Positions 50,160 through 63,374 of a stretch of 64,000 nucleotides of DNA are shown one piece after another. The notes beneath the pieces were generated by a model. That model was not told the origin of the DNA. It searched no databases and was given only the letters and a program-made list of their open reading frames with translations. Origin of the DNA: Dicyema japonicum. Its lineage: Eukaryota; Animalia; Dicyemida. Positions within the stretch are counted from its first letter, which is position 1, and the number at the start of each line of letters is the position of its first letter. The position numbers and the translations under genes were made by a program. The stretch spans positions 682,001-746,000 of the forward strand of contig RDEW01000003.1 of NCBI GenBank assembly GCA_011109175.1, given 5' to 3'.

Positions 50160-50900
50160 GTTAATATATTTAATAATCAACAACTTTCCTCAGGCAGGTT
50201 CGATTCTGGTTGCTTAAACAACTTTGAGAGCGCCTGTCCAATTGAACCCTCTGCCCATGTGGCATCTCCGGGCTCTGCCTCCTATACTCCAGTGTCAGGC
50301 TCTCTAGGGTTAGTTTTAATACAGTGGAATGTAGATAGGCTCTGTCTGTCTCCAAGCAATCTTGGTACAGATCTGCTCCCTCCATATACTTGGTGGTCTG
50401 GCTCGTCCGTCAATTCCTCATAGGTGATCTGTGGTGCACACAGCACTAGGGAGATGTAACCCAGTGACCCTACTGGCTTAGCCTCTACCGCATAAGCCAC
50501 AGCTTTATTGATGCAGATTAACAATACTCCGTTAACCATACTATGAGGAATCTTGCGTGAAAATCTACGGTCCTCAATTGGGACATTTTCTGCTGCAACG
50601 AGATTCTGCGCAAAGACCTCACAAACATGCTTGAACTGCAACGTATCACAGCTCTGGTGCTCGTGCTCTCTTTGACAGTTGTGGTTATCTGGTCCCTGCC
50701 ACTTTAGACCAGTACCCTCTTTGCCTACAACCAGTTTCTTGAGTTCAATCACAGATATAGCAGTACTGAATCTGTCACTGCAGAGCTCCGCCAAATATGG
50801 CCAGCCATTCCAGGGCATTCGGGATAGCCTGCTACGTACCTCCAGGACTACCTGCCACGCCCATTCTTTCGGGCCAGCTGCCACAAAACTCTCGGATATA
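50160..50900 (-). mobile_element. Family D long copy with a 200-aa ORF, unclassified
   Basis: ORF 50282-50884; 3' part shared with 2830-2945 and 14920-15200. Confidence 0.4.
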
Positions 50901-51249
50901 GCAAGAATTATATTCTTACTATCTGGTAACGCAAGTGACCCTTCTCCTATTTTCTTTTCAACATTTTTACCAACTCGAGTGAGTTTTTACGCCACCGAAT
51001 CGAACGCACGTTGCATGTAATCATAAAATATAAATTATTATTTAAATAATTTTTAAATTTTATTTTCTAAAAATATGTTTTTCAGCACGTTGCTTCTTGT
51101 GGTGGTTTGGTTTTATTAGAAAATCTTGCTTATTTTTGTTAACAAATGCATAAATTCAATGATGTCTGGAATTGCCGTATGATTAGTTGATTACTATCTA
51201 CACTCTCTGAGAATTATGCATTTTGGTAGAGTTTAACAAAATGTTTCCT

Positions 51250-51480
51250 ATTACATAATGTATGTCGTGCAGGCCATCACAAACCAAGCATTTTCCCCTA
51301 GAGAAGGGGAAGACAGTCCAGACGTTTCTATCTCAACGATCCATGCCCACCGTTCCAGAGATGACGAGAATCCAACCGCCTCAAGAGAGCGCTTCACAAC
51401 CCCGTTGATAATGGCATACCTCGGGAACCGGTTACTTTTAAGAAGGCACGATAGCGGATGAAGCCTGCCGACCGACATTC
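51250..51480 (-). mobile_element. CRE remnant (zinc finger to RLE region)
   Basis: LHPLSCLLKSNRFPRYAIINGVVKRSLEAVG. Confidence 0.65.
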
Positions 51481-51750
51481 TTTAAAAGGGATCGAGGAGC
51501 AAATCGATTTATCGCGAGATCCTAGAGGCGAAATGGAGGCTGTTTAGACATATACTTCGTCTGGACCTGATGACCCGCTCAAACGTAGCTATGGAGGACT
51601 AATGTGTAATGGACGCTCCGCTTTTTGAGGTCGAACTAAGACAACTTTACCGACCATCCTTGATGAAGACCTTAAGGAAATCGGGAGAAGCCTCAATGAC
51701 GGAAAAGATCTTGACAGACTGCGAAATATGTAAGTAAGTAAGTACTAGTA
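51480..51750 (+). mobile_element. RTE 3' remnant with (GTAA)n tail
   Basis: ARWRLFRHILRLD...RTKTTLPTILDEDL; gtaagtaagtaag. Confidence 0.7.
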
Positions 51751-53739
51751 GTTTAATGGTCGATCAATCGTCCTCTCTAATAATAAATAAATCAGAAATA
51801 ATTTTGGATTCACGTGTAGATAAATTTGCCTTATCAGGCCTCTCAATGACATGTAATACTGCATTTTACGAGGAGCCGTATTATCTATTGCTCCTCCCAG
51901 TCAAGACACCCAATTAGAAAAAGTTGAAGAATAAATATCCGAAATTGTAAATTATAAGACTGGGAACGAGGTTTAACGCAGTCCGACTAATAAATAGAGA
52001 AAAAAGAACTAAACACATTACCTGCATGGCAATCGAGTTGGCAGAGGTTATCACAAAAACGTTAAATAAAGCTTTGAAGAAAGACTACGAACTAGATATT
52101 GGTAGCGGGTTGATTCATTCACCTACCGAAGCCAAGAAAACTAAAAGGACCTACATATAATCTGGAGGTCAATTATTATATTAACGACATTACGGAAAAC
52201 ATTATCCCTTAATGATGTCCAATTAATTTATGAACATTATCATCCTATGAGGTTCTTAATTTCCAAAGAAATGTCCACGCATTCCAGTATATAGTTAGCC
52301 ATCGACTCGTTTTCTTCGTTTGGTCTGTCCGTATATATTTATATCCACGAAATATAATGGGACTATTTTTAGCGAGTTTGACCTCGTAGATAAGTGCACT
52401 ATCAATGGTTTTTATTCTGCACATTCATATCCGAGGCTAATGTTGAATCCACTTGAATCTCACAAACTTGTTCGCAGTAATAATCTACATGGAATGTTCC
52501 TGAGTCTCTTAGTCCTTCTTAATTATATATTGACGACACATGTACAGCCACCTCATTATGCCTTCGTAGGTAATCGCTGTTTAGCATACGACCACAGTTT
52601 TTCGCAAAGTGGTCGACACTTTTCCTGGAAGAATTACAGAGCTATAACTGATATGGCTCCTCGGAAAGTGCGAATATTATTATTATTAAATGACTAGTAA
52701 CGCAAAATACTGCATTTATTCTTATTGAGCAATGATATCCTCTGATTCTCTTGGAGATAACGATTCAAACGGATTCATCAATTAATTCCACTGGAACACC
52801 ATTTCGTTCCATGGTGACGTGTTCTAAGAATCGCTTGGATTCATTAGTTATGATTGAGCTGTGCTTAACAAGCTAGGGGTTAAATAAATAAGATTTCAAT
52901 ATTAGGTTTTTTTAAACCTTTTTCCAACTCCCAACAGAGTCGTCAGAGATCAGAGATATGAGCATTTGAAAGTCAAGCTGCTTAAGCAGAGAGTCGTCTG
53001 TAATATAAATATGAGAGGCTTCTGAACCAATAAACCAACACCGACATTCCTGTTAGTCACTGGAAGTTGCGAATGAAGTGGTGCTTGAATCAATGCCCTC
53101 CCGTGGCGGGTATCACATTGACAGCGATAAATTCTGCATCAGTATCTCCAGCAGGCCTGGACTGAAGATTTGCTAACTCAAATTCGGAGCGGAAGTACTG
53201 TCATAGACATCACGCCCTTTCTTTCCGAAGAATTGCTGGACGATTCCAGAGACATAAGTCAATCTGTGTAAAAGGAAGAGTCTGTAATACTTATGAAATA
53301 ATCATCGGGTTTATACGTTGACATAACGTGATATACAGAGGCCACGAACACAGAAAATCTCATTTTATATATAGAAAAATTAATAGCTTGTAGTCACTTA
53401 GCTGGGTTACTATTATGTACGTTCTATTGTAATTTACTGGAATCGAAACCTAACTATTAATCTAACAACTAAGATGCTTAAACTTTAAATAAGGCAAAAT
53501 TTTTAACAAAATAAAAATGTTAAAACTTAGAAACTATCATAGGAGTGTCATCCACTTAACCAACAAAAATTATAGTAGGATTATTAATTAAAGTCAAATT
53601 GTGACTATTTTAAATAAATTTAATACATATATAATTTAAAAATTGTTTTATAATATGGCGAACCTATGAATACACATATATTAATCGGCATGCGCTTTCC
53701 TCGTTCTTGTGGTTGACTGCTTGTGTTCATTTTACTGTA

Positions 53740-54100
53740 TACGAGTTCCCTCGGAGTATGGCTATTCCAATCTTTTGTCTTAGCCATAAGCACTCTCGTA
53801 TATTCCTTTTCTTTCCGGCAATCAATCCTCCGAGTTCTCGCAAGAACTCAGCCGTCATTGGACCAACGGCTCCCGATGATTCGGTCGCAACAGGAGTAAA
53901 TCGGTAGCGATCCCCGAGGCAAGAATATTTTTTGATTTTGTAGGTTCCTCGCAGTCCAAGCAGCTGCTCCAGGTGTCTGAACCGATTTGAAAATATTCGT
54001 GCTTGAGAACGTGTCTACACAAGTTGCTTCCTAGACCAAAGATCTTCCAGACGTGAAGGGGAAAAGGATCATCCCGTCAGGTCTCTTTCCATTTTACTCT
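53740..54100 (-). mobile_element. CRE 3' remnant
   Basis: KRPDGMILFP...LV.EATCVDT...WLRQKIGIAILRGN; near-identical to 13975-14170. Confidence 0.75.
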
Positions 54101-55574
54101 ATTCGTCTGTTGTATTGTCAAACATTATATAATTGGATTCATCAAATAGTGCAGAAGGTTGTTATCAAAATGTCTAATATATATTTTATATTTTGTTAAC
54201 CTATGAATATGGATTATTTTTCACTATTTGATTTCTCCCTATTAATATTCTTTTGGCTATATTTCTTTTCAGTCTGTTTGTTCGAATTGTTATGGTCTGC
54301 ATCATGTCAAGAATATTTTTAGTAATTCAATTATTATTATTAAGGCACTTTTACGAAAGCTAGCATGTTTATAGTAACGCATGGGGAACACTCAAAACAA
54401 TATTTAGAGTTAATCTCCTCTGTCGAATGCAATCGATCTCAAATTGTCTGCTTGTCCGCAGTTTTGAGCTTTTTTTTCACCTGGTTTATATCAGTAATCC
54501 AATAAAATATATAATTCGAAGAGAAAAATAACATTTACTTCATTTTTTTCGAACTATATTGAATCTTCACTATCGATTTTTATTGTTTGAGCATTGATTT
54601 CGTTGCATAACCTATTTCATCTTTATCCTGGCTACCTTTTTGATTTTATACAAATTATTATCGACGATTTTTCTGTACTAAAAATATATATAATTCATAC
54701 TTTTTATAAAGGAGATAACCTTTCATTGTAATCAGCTACAAAGTCTGCCGCGTCTTGCCCGGGTTACTCATCTAGTGCTGGTAACATTTCACCTTTCAAA
54801 AGACATGTCACCTCCTGTTATTCAATCAATATTAATTGATTTTGAATCAAAGAATTTATTTTTTTAAAGCTATATTTAATTGACTCGACTCATGTTGACT
54901 ATTTTAACCTAACCTGAACGTGCCTTAATCTGTTATAAAAAATTAAATAAACCTCGATTGGATGTTTGACAAAAATTGAGTAATTTGACTTAGCTCTTCA
55001 TATGGAGATTCAAATCTTCTCAACATTAGCCATGGATTAGTTCCATAATCATTTAAAACGGGTATTTAAATTCATTAACTTGCATTTGAGAAATCATCCT
55101 TTTGGTTATATAATTCCTGAAAATTTTTTTTCTGTGTCTGAGGATTTCATCAATTATAATATTTACTTACTGATTCTCATCAACTACATTTTTACCTGAA
55201 ATAGAAAAATAATTGAATAAATTTTCTTCAGATATGTGTGTTTTTTTGATCGAATGTGTGTCAGGTGTTTTTTTGAAGTTCTTAATAATACTCTAGACAT
55301 CGGTTTTGTAACACTTTCAGTTAATATTGAATTCCATATTTCATAACGTTAGCCTTTTTTGTATATGATGATTACATTTTTGACATCCAAGATATTGATG
55401 GCCATAAAATTATTTTATGGAGTTATGGCTACTGGTTCCTGGATGTTCTTTTTCTTTGAATTTTTTTAGACAGTTTGATTGTATCATTAAATTAATTATA
55501 AATTCTTAACAATTCTGAAATATGAATATTCTTGAATTCGGTCTGTTATCCCATTGAAAACTTATGTCTCAAAT

Positions 55575-55810
55575 GTCTTCCTCCTCGTAGCAGGCACAGC
55601 ATGTTCAACCGCTGACTGTGGGGAAATGTCCGCTCCCGTGTGAAAAGCAGCCCTGCCATCGATCCCCATATTCACTCGGAAAGCCAGGAGGACCGAGTCG
55701 CGAACGACCAGCCTGAGTTTTTCCAAGCCTTTGACATCTCTAAAATAAATTCCAATAGAAGGTTTATTTGAGAAGAGTCACTGAACCACGCGTGAGACAT
55801 CCTCATATTC
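55575..55810 (-). repeat. Second copy of the ORF1-like segment at 48660-48915
   Basis: LRLVVRDSVLLAFRVNMGIDGRAAFHTGAD, conserved in frame. Confidence 0.65.
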
Positions 55811-56322
55811 GTCAATTCCTTTAATGCTTATATTTATTTCTCTCAGGACTAATAATAATTCCTATGGATAAAATCATTTATAACATAATGAACTCAAATC
55901 ATTTTCTCCATAAAGATATTATTTTAATCCTTATCGATATGTGTGAAAGAACCACATCAGCTAGTTCAACCAAAAAGATGTAGTCTCGATATTTTCTCTT
56001 TGTGTGGATATCTTGAAGCTTCTCATATTATAATGTAGAAGGATCTTTCTCTAAGGATCCATTTCATCAGTACGGCTGGAAGAAATCAAAAAGTTCATTT
56101 TTTCAAAGTTATAAACTGGACCATGTGGTAGGTATATTGGTTAAAATTGTAGAAAAATGTGTAACTTTCTGAAAAGAGCCTTAATTGGGTGGATTGGGAG
56201 GATCCGAATCAGAGAAGTGAGCTGGTGTAATAAGGATAATCCTTTTGAATCTGCTGGATGTGATTTAAACCAGGCTGAATAATCAGCATTAAAATCTCCA
56301 CACAATATCAGGTTTCCGAGCT

Positions 56323-57036
56323 GGAATGAATGAATGAAAAATTTTTATTAGGCAAAAACAAATAGTTAGAAATTAGGGAAGAACTAAACTAAGTACCCTT
56401 TCACCTCCTTGCGGCAGCGTTTTCGTGGCATCTTTTTGTCTTCCCCGTGCCTCCTTCTTTATCACATTTTCAGAATTTTTCTGATCTTCCTCGGGGTCCC
56501 TAAAATCAGGGTATCCTCTTTCGGGCAGCGGCGCTCTATAACACAATCCGAGGGAATGCCGTATTGCCCGCCGCCGAACTTCCTCAAGTTGGTGAGGCAC
56601 TTTTCGCGTTCCTCACTGCAATACCAGGAGTGCGCACCATAAGTGAGCATAGGCAGCACCATGTCGTTGAACACTTTGGCCCAGGCATCGCGACTCAGCT
56701 GAAAAGCCCTCAACGCTCCTAGTCTTTGCACAGCCCGCCTCTTAACGAGGGGGTGTGCTCCTCGAAACTACACTTGGAGTTGAATGTCACTCCAAGGTAG
56801 CTCGTCCGCCCAGTAACCTCTATACGTACCCCATAGATGGTTACTTTAGGTATTAAATTATTAGACCGCTTAGGGCGGCCAAAAACTAATAACTTGCATT
56901 TCTCAGGTCTCAGCCTAAGTTCTCTGCTCCCACACCAGCGTATGATTTCATTGACAGCTACTTGAATCCTCCGACACGCTACATCTGGTTTCCACGAGTG
57001 ATCCCAGAGTACTATGTCGTCGGCCGGGTGGGGGTC
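56323..57036 (-). mobile_element. Jockey/I-like LINE 3' fragment with (TTCA)n tail
   Basis: ADDIVLW...WCGSRELRLRPEKC...YLGVTF...VLPMLTYGAHSW. Confidence 0.8.
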
Positions 57037-57328
57037 GGTAGGTATATAGGTTAAAGTTCTAGAAAAATGTGTAACTTTCTCAAAAGAGCCTTAATTGGGT
57101 GGATTGGGATGATCCGAATCAGAGAAGTGAGCTGGTGTAATAAGGATAATCCTTTTGAATCTGAAGGATGTGATTTAAACCAGGCTGAATAATCAGCTTT
57201 AAAATCTTCACACAATATCAGGTTTCCGAGCTTGTTTAACTTGGTTAGGTTTAGAGAGAATCTTTTTGGGCAAGAAGATGGAGGAAGGACGTTGATGCTT
57301 GTAATGTTGAGAGTTTCGAATTCATTTT

Positions 57329-57646
57329 TAATAATAATAAAGCCTTTTCACGAGAGCCATAGTATTTATAGCTCTGCATAGGCAGGACACACACTTTATT
57401 TAAGTGAAGAACAGTTAATTTTAACTAATCGTAGAACCAAGGAATGATTTTCACTTCTTTTTTTCTTTTTCTTATGTGAGTTTTTTTTCTAGACAATCCA
57501 ATTCCGCAGTGAGTATCCACTGATGACGGCGTCACTCGTTAAACCCTTTCTGCATTGTAGAACCTTCCACCAGGTGAACAGCAGCAAGATTCGAACCCGT
57601 AGCCTAAGCCATTTAAGCCTGACACCTAACCACTATGCCACACGGC
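57329..57646 (-). mobile_element. tRNA-derived SINE (copy 2)
   Basis: Box A TGGCATAGTGG, box B GGTTCGAATC, (TTA)n tail; homologous to 16696-17010. Confidence 0.85.
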
Positions 57647-59326
57647 TATGCCCATTTGTAATTGATGCACCAAATATTTTTGTAGTCCCATCGTTTATTA
57701 GTGATTGTCCGTAAATCGAATGTTATCTCTTATAATGATGAGGAAACCCCTACCACGACGGTTTGAGCGGTCCATACGGATGCAGTGGTATCCTGGAAAA
57801 TGGGGGGTGGGTGATGATGGAGTAAGTCTGCTTTCTTGAAGTAAAATCAGGTCAATGTTCAGTTCTTTAATGAAAGACCGAATTTTGCTTTTAAATCCGT
57901 TGATGTTTATCTGTAGAATTGAGGTGGAGGTCCTAAATTAAGTTCAATGTCACCGGCGATAATTATCAGAAACCCATTCAGCCGAGGGGGATTAAAAAAG
58001 GGAAAGGCCGTCATCCGAAGATTCCTTCTTCGGATGGGAGGTAGTTAATGGTACTTTTCCGCGGTGCATTAAGTGCACCCTGAGCGCCTCCCAAACTTTC
58101 ATAACTAGTCGACCACATGACGCCACGTTTTAAACACATTAATTCAAAATAAATAACATAAATAAAAAATTATATTAATTTTTTATTTATTTTTGAGCCA
58201 TGTGTTTTAGACTCATGCATTAAATTATTTATAGAAAAAGCAAACTTCAATCTATATTTACCTTTTTAGTCACCATTTCTCAATCCAATTGAGAATGTAT
58301 TCAGCACGTGGATAAACTATTTTCCAGAGGAGGGCCTGAAATTATAAAAGAAGGTAGTTTTTTACCCTTAAAGATTGGTGACACTATAGAAAGTCACGTT
58401 AATGGTCGGGAAACCCTATAAATTAAATTTTAGTGAGGAAAATATTTTAAATCCCAAGACAGTCTTCTCTTTGATTTTTTAGGTCAATGATATCGAAAGT
58501 GAGGAATGAACGTCGGAAACAGAATGTTATCCAAAAGATTTTACTGGCAGTAGTGAGGGGAAACTCCAATTCCTTGGTTTTGTCTTGTTTTTTTAAATGC
58601 AATATTCAATTTACTAAATAAATACAATATTGAATTTTCTTTTCTAGAAACTGTCTATGTTGAAATATTAATTCTTAGATTGACAATTAACACGTGGTTG
58701 TATGTTTATTCAGTCAATTATTTCCAGAGATGCTATAATCCAGCAATGAGTCGTTAGTCACTTTGAAATTTATCTATGGGAATCTGACACTAAAGGTTGT
58801 AATGAGCCAATATATTTTTACGCTTTTTTGAAGTTTCTCGTTGTACTGCGTCGATATTCCATGTTTATTAAAAACTTGGTTAGTCTTTAGAGTCTTTTGG
58901 AGCACAACAGATTGAATGCAATGACTCTTTCATCCATCTTGATTGTCATTCAATGTTGAATATTTTCATCCTAAGAGACATATCAATGTGTCTTCACTAA
59001 AAAACTAATCTTAAAACTCTAGTCGGTTCACATTGATTTTTATCCTCCTCTTTGTCGCATTCTTTGAAAATGACGTTTGTAGTCTCAGTCTCGTTTGAAC
59101 ATTTGTAGTCTCATATTTGGTAATTATATGTTGATATCAGCCCCATGTGCCATATTGAATACGTGTACGTGTTTCCTTCGAATTTCCTTTGATTTCTATT
59201 TCTAAAACTAGCCAGTTCTTGATTTCCTATTGGGAGTTTTGAGTTGTTTAACCAAAATAGTTTTCATGTGTGTTAAGAGTATTTAAGCCTCTCAAATGAA
59301 ATTGAATCATTTGAAAATAGCCACAT

Positions 59327-59640
59327 GGTGCCACGTGGTGCTTCGTGTCTAATTGTTGAAGTTTCTGTTTGTTCTCCTGTTCCTTCTCTCTTCCTATTAG
59401 AGTGGCGTCATGTGATCCACTGTTTAGGTGTCGCCCAGTGCCTGGCTGGCACGAAAAAGGATCATTTGCTCTCCTCCACTCCACTGGAGGGGTTTCAACA
59501 ACTGCAACTATAGACGTCTATTACCCTTTATGCTGATTCCGGATGGACTCTGTTTCTGTAGAAGTAGTAACTGGATGCACTTAATTAGTTGTTTACTTTA
59601 ACTTCTTTCTCGGTGTATTTAGGGATAATAAATAAATGAA
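59327..59640 (+). mobile_element. Family B SINE-like element (copy 2)
   Basis: Homologous to 11845-12132; ends in an aataaataaa tail. Confidence 0.75.
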
Positions 59641-61749
59641 ATGACTACTTTGGCAAGTGAGTTGAGATTGAGTTTGGAAACCATGTTGAAAAGAGGTAAG
59701 TTTGATGGACGTATATATCTTTTAAGGAACAGTTTTTCCGAAACACCAGAAAGCACAGGGATAATAAAAAGTGTTCAATAAAAGGAAGGCAGGCTGGTCT
59801 TATTGATACTTACTCAAGATAATAAATTAAGGGAGATGTATAAAACAAGTTTCCTAGTTTTTTTTAGCCATACGTGTGTGTACGTGGGATTTAAGAGGAG
59901 TATTAGAATTTAAAGGTATTATTATCACCAACGATGCTCCCTACCAAGACAATCCTGGTTCAGCCAATTTCATTTTCATATGTAATCCTTCTCACCAAGT
60001 ATCTGGCGTATATGCAGTATCTCCCGATCACCTGGTTTAATCCTGATTAGAATGGAGACTAAAGATTATGTGCGTCTTATAACCAATTTATTGGTCGAAT
60101 GTTCAGGTGGTGATTTTTAAGCATTTCGAGACAACTCCATCCCTGGACACAACCAGATAATTTTACTTGACAATCGTAGAGAGAGAAAGCTCACTAGCGC
60201 TGGTAAATATTTTGTCAATGCTCATTCCTATTTGTTCCTTTATTTTTATAAACCCTGAATACACTAAGAAAAAAGTTAATAGTTAATGACTAATACTTTC
60301 CAGGTCACAAAAGTAGAAACCTTCTAATATCCCGTAAAGATCATGCAGTTGTGAGACTACTGATCCCCTTTAGTGCTGTCCAAGCAATAGGTGCTGCTTG
60401 AGACAGAAGGAACACATTATGCTACTCTTGTTGAACATGGAAAAAAGTACAGAAATGAGGAGAAATCTTCATAATTTATTTCTAATTATCCTGAGAATAT
60501 TAAATAATAAGCTAATTAATTCATAACTTGACCTATTTAACTATTCATTAAAATAAACATATTAATTAACTTTTTATTAAATCATTGTTAAATTTTAAAA
60601 TAATTTACATCTCACTTCATCGACGTGGATTAAGGTTCGAAGCAACTTTGTATGATAATACCAATAAAACCTTAAAGGTTCTCTAAATATCAATTGATCA
60701 AAAGTTTTTGAATAATTATTTATTTAGAAGATAATTAAGAAGGAAAGTAAAAAAATATCAATAATATAAATATTAAAAACATGATTAATTTTATTGTTTT
60801 AGGGTGGTTAACCAATTTAGCAATAATACATCAACTATTGACATATATTTCTAGTGGAGTATTGTGTCGTATTTCTGTTATTGAATTCAATCTTGCTGTT
60901 ATCAAAATGGTCGACGCTCAATTATTTTGCTAACTTCTAATCATCAGTATTACTTCAATAACAAGATTTCTACGATTGAATACAACAGTTGTCTTGGATA
61001 TTTCGTGTTCGAAAGCTACTTCGCAAACGAGATGTTCTTTCGCCCACATACACGTTACCTCCAAAATTGTTCTAAGACTTAGATGGCTACCTAAAAAACT
61101 AACAAAGCAGATCCTGTAAAATAACGCGGACAGAAAAACCCCGATCTTTTGGATATCAAAACTCTAATTTCGATTCTTTATTTAACGTTTGAGTGAGTCA
61201 ATTCTACTATAGTCATATTTCATTTCCATTGTATGTAAACCTGGAGTTAATTCAACCAAGTTCTATGATGGACGATCTACTACGAACTTTTTATGCTCGA
61301 ATTTCGAATAAAAATAATATAAATGGATTATACATTGAATTAAAATATTCTACCTTATATGTACCTGGAGAAGTTGTAGTTATCAATTCTGAGTGAATAT
61401 CAAAACATTTTACCTTTAGTTTTATATTTTATGTGAATGATAGCAAAGCTACGACAATTCCACAAATTACACAAATTGGATTATATATAATTTTTCTAAA
61501 TTTGTATTAAATGACTAAATATATGCGAGTATATTGTACTTCAAGTACCATGAGTTGTCACATAAAATTTTTGACTTTTTTAATTTGTGTTCAAACGTGT
61601 TGCTGGAATGTCTCCGAATCAAATTACACCCGAGTGCTAATGTCGGTTATTATAAGTAACCAATTCCAGTAAACATTGTATTATTATCTGTTTTTGATAA
61701 TTGAATTTTCATTTTTTTTTACGACTCCGTAATAAATGATATTTTTTTA

Positions 61750-61820
61750 GTTAGTTAAGAGCTCTTTCGCGAGCCCTAAGGGTTTTGCTTGAGCCACCCT
61801 TCGCCCACGCCATCTTGTTT
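61750..61820 (-). mobile_element. RTE 3' tail remnant
   Basis: Matches 14172-14270. Confidence 0.6.
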
Positions 61821-62379
61821 ATGCTTGACATTATTTTCATTGTACAATTTTATAGAGAATGAAAAAAAACAAATAATATGAAAATTTTTATTATTTTCGT
61901 ATCTTGCTAAAATTCACCATACAAGGAGCCGCATCGCTAATAATTATAGGTGGGAGGCCACCCTTCCAAAAGATGTAGAGGGTGGAAAGTTCAAACGGTT
62001 CTCTTTAGTGCATAACTTGCACCGGGCGCCACCACAACAACAGGTGAACCTCATGTCGCCACGCTAAAGTTCAGAATTATCTTCCTCGGTGATCTTGGAG
62101 TTAAATAAATAAAAATCGCTAATAAATAAAATCAGATTTGAAATTTTAATAGGAATTTGTCATTAGCGTCTCTTTGTTTGAACTATAACATTCAAATGTA
62201 CTGAATTTACATCTGATTTCACGATGTATAAAGTCTCTGGATTACAAATTTCCCAACAATTACATTTAATATTATTTTACATTAATGTTAATAATTATGT
62301 TTTATTTAAAAAAAAATTTATTTTTGAAATAGCACAGTGTCCTATTTTTTGTCTTAAATAAGGTAATTTCTATTAAAGT

Positions 62380-62640
62380 ATTAGAGTGGCCAGTAGCGTC
62401 ATGTGATCCACCTGTCTAGGTGACGACCAGTGCCAGGCCGGCATGAAAAAGGATCATTTGCTCTCTCCCACTCCACTGGAGTGGTTTCCACAACTGCATG
62501 TAATGGACGTCTTACCCTTTATGCTGATTCCGGATGGACTCTGTATAAGTGGAAACTGGATACATACACTTAATTAGTTGTTTTTACTTTAACTTCTTTT
62601 TCTTGGTGTATCCGGGGTTAATAAATAAATAAAATAATAA
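62380..62640 (+). mobile_element. Family B SINE-like element (copy 3, begins near the structured core)
   Basis: Homologous to 59395-59640; (TAAA)n tail. Confidence 0.75.
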
Positions 62641-63374
62641 ATAGGACAATTTCAGCCTTAATAATAATCATCTTATGACCAGTATGATTCCAGGTTTGTT
62701 AAAATAACAATTTCGTTTTATCGGACATCTGAAAACTTTGAGATTAATTGGGTTAATTTGTTTTGGACTAAATTATAATAATTATGTGAAACGTAATTAT
62801 GCTCAATTAGTGAATACAATAATTGGATTATTCTTTTCCTCACCCAAATCACCCTTTATTGATCAACTTCACAAAATCCACCCCATCACAGACAATTTAA
62901 ATGAAACTCTGAAGTTCCTCTCCCAAGTCTACATCCCAGAATATCCCTTTCAGTCTATGTGCAAATCCCCAAACAAATAAAAAATTATTATGACTAGAAA
63001 ATTTCCTGGCGAATATTCTAACAACAGCATTTTATTGAACTTTCCTCAAAGAAATAATTCAAACTAACACGTTTATTATTTTTATTATTATTTAAGGTGC
63101 CATTGCAAAAATATCTGATTTCCTCATTTCATCCACCGAATATAGGATCAATAAGGACATTAATGCTTAGTCTGATATGATATTACTTTTGAGTTTTTAC
63201 ATGCGTTTATTGTAGTGTGATAATATCAAATCTCCCTAGTCATCATTGTAGTGGTTGACTGATAAATTATATACTTTTGAGTATTTACCCCCCAACCTGG
63301 TCAAAGATCTTATTCTACTTGCAAAATACCACTTAATGTTCCAATTTCGTGTTTGTTTACAAATGAATTGCCAC

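Larger units (their letters stand above)
55950..58124 (-). mobile_element. L2-like LINE no. 1, 5' portion (structured leader, 2A-like peptide, APE), interrupted by a SINE and a LINE fragment
   Basis: ILQININGFKSK...IDLILLQESRL...PGYHCIRMDRS; LILCGDFNADY. Confidence 0.8.

Noticed and set aside
52940-53330. Possible ABCA transporter fragment on the minus strand (LTGMSVLVYW)
   Set aside because: A single weak motif in broken frames with no supporting domains.
57570-57646. Possible tRNA gene
   Set aside because: Boxes A and B are present but there is no acceptor stem; it continues into a SINE body and tail.
59463-59490. TTGCTCTCCTCCACTCCAC resembles part of U2 snRNA
   Set aside because: No branch-point recognition sequence, Sm site or U2 order of elements.
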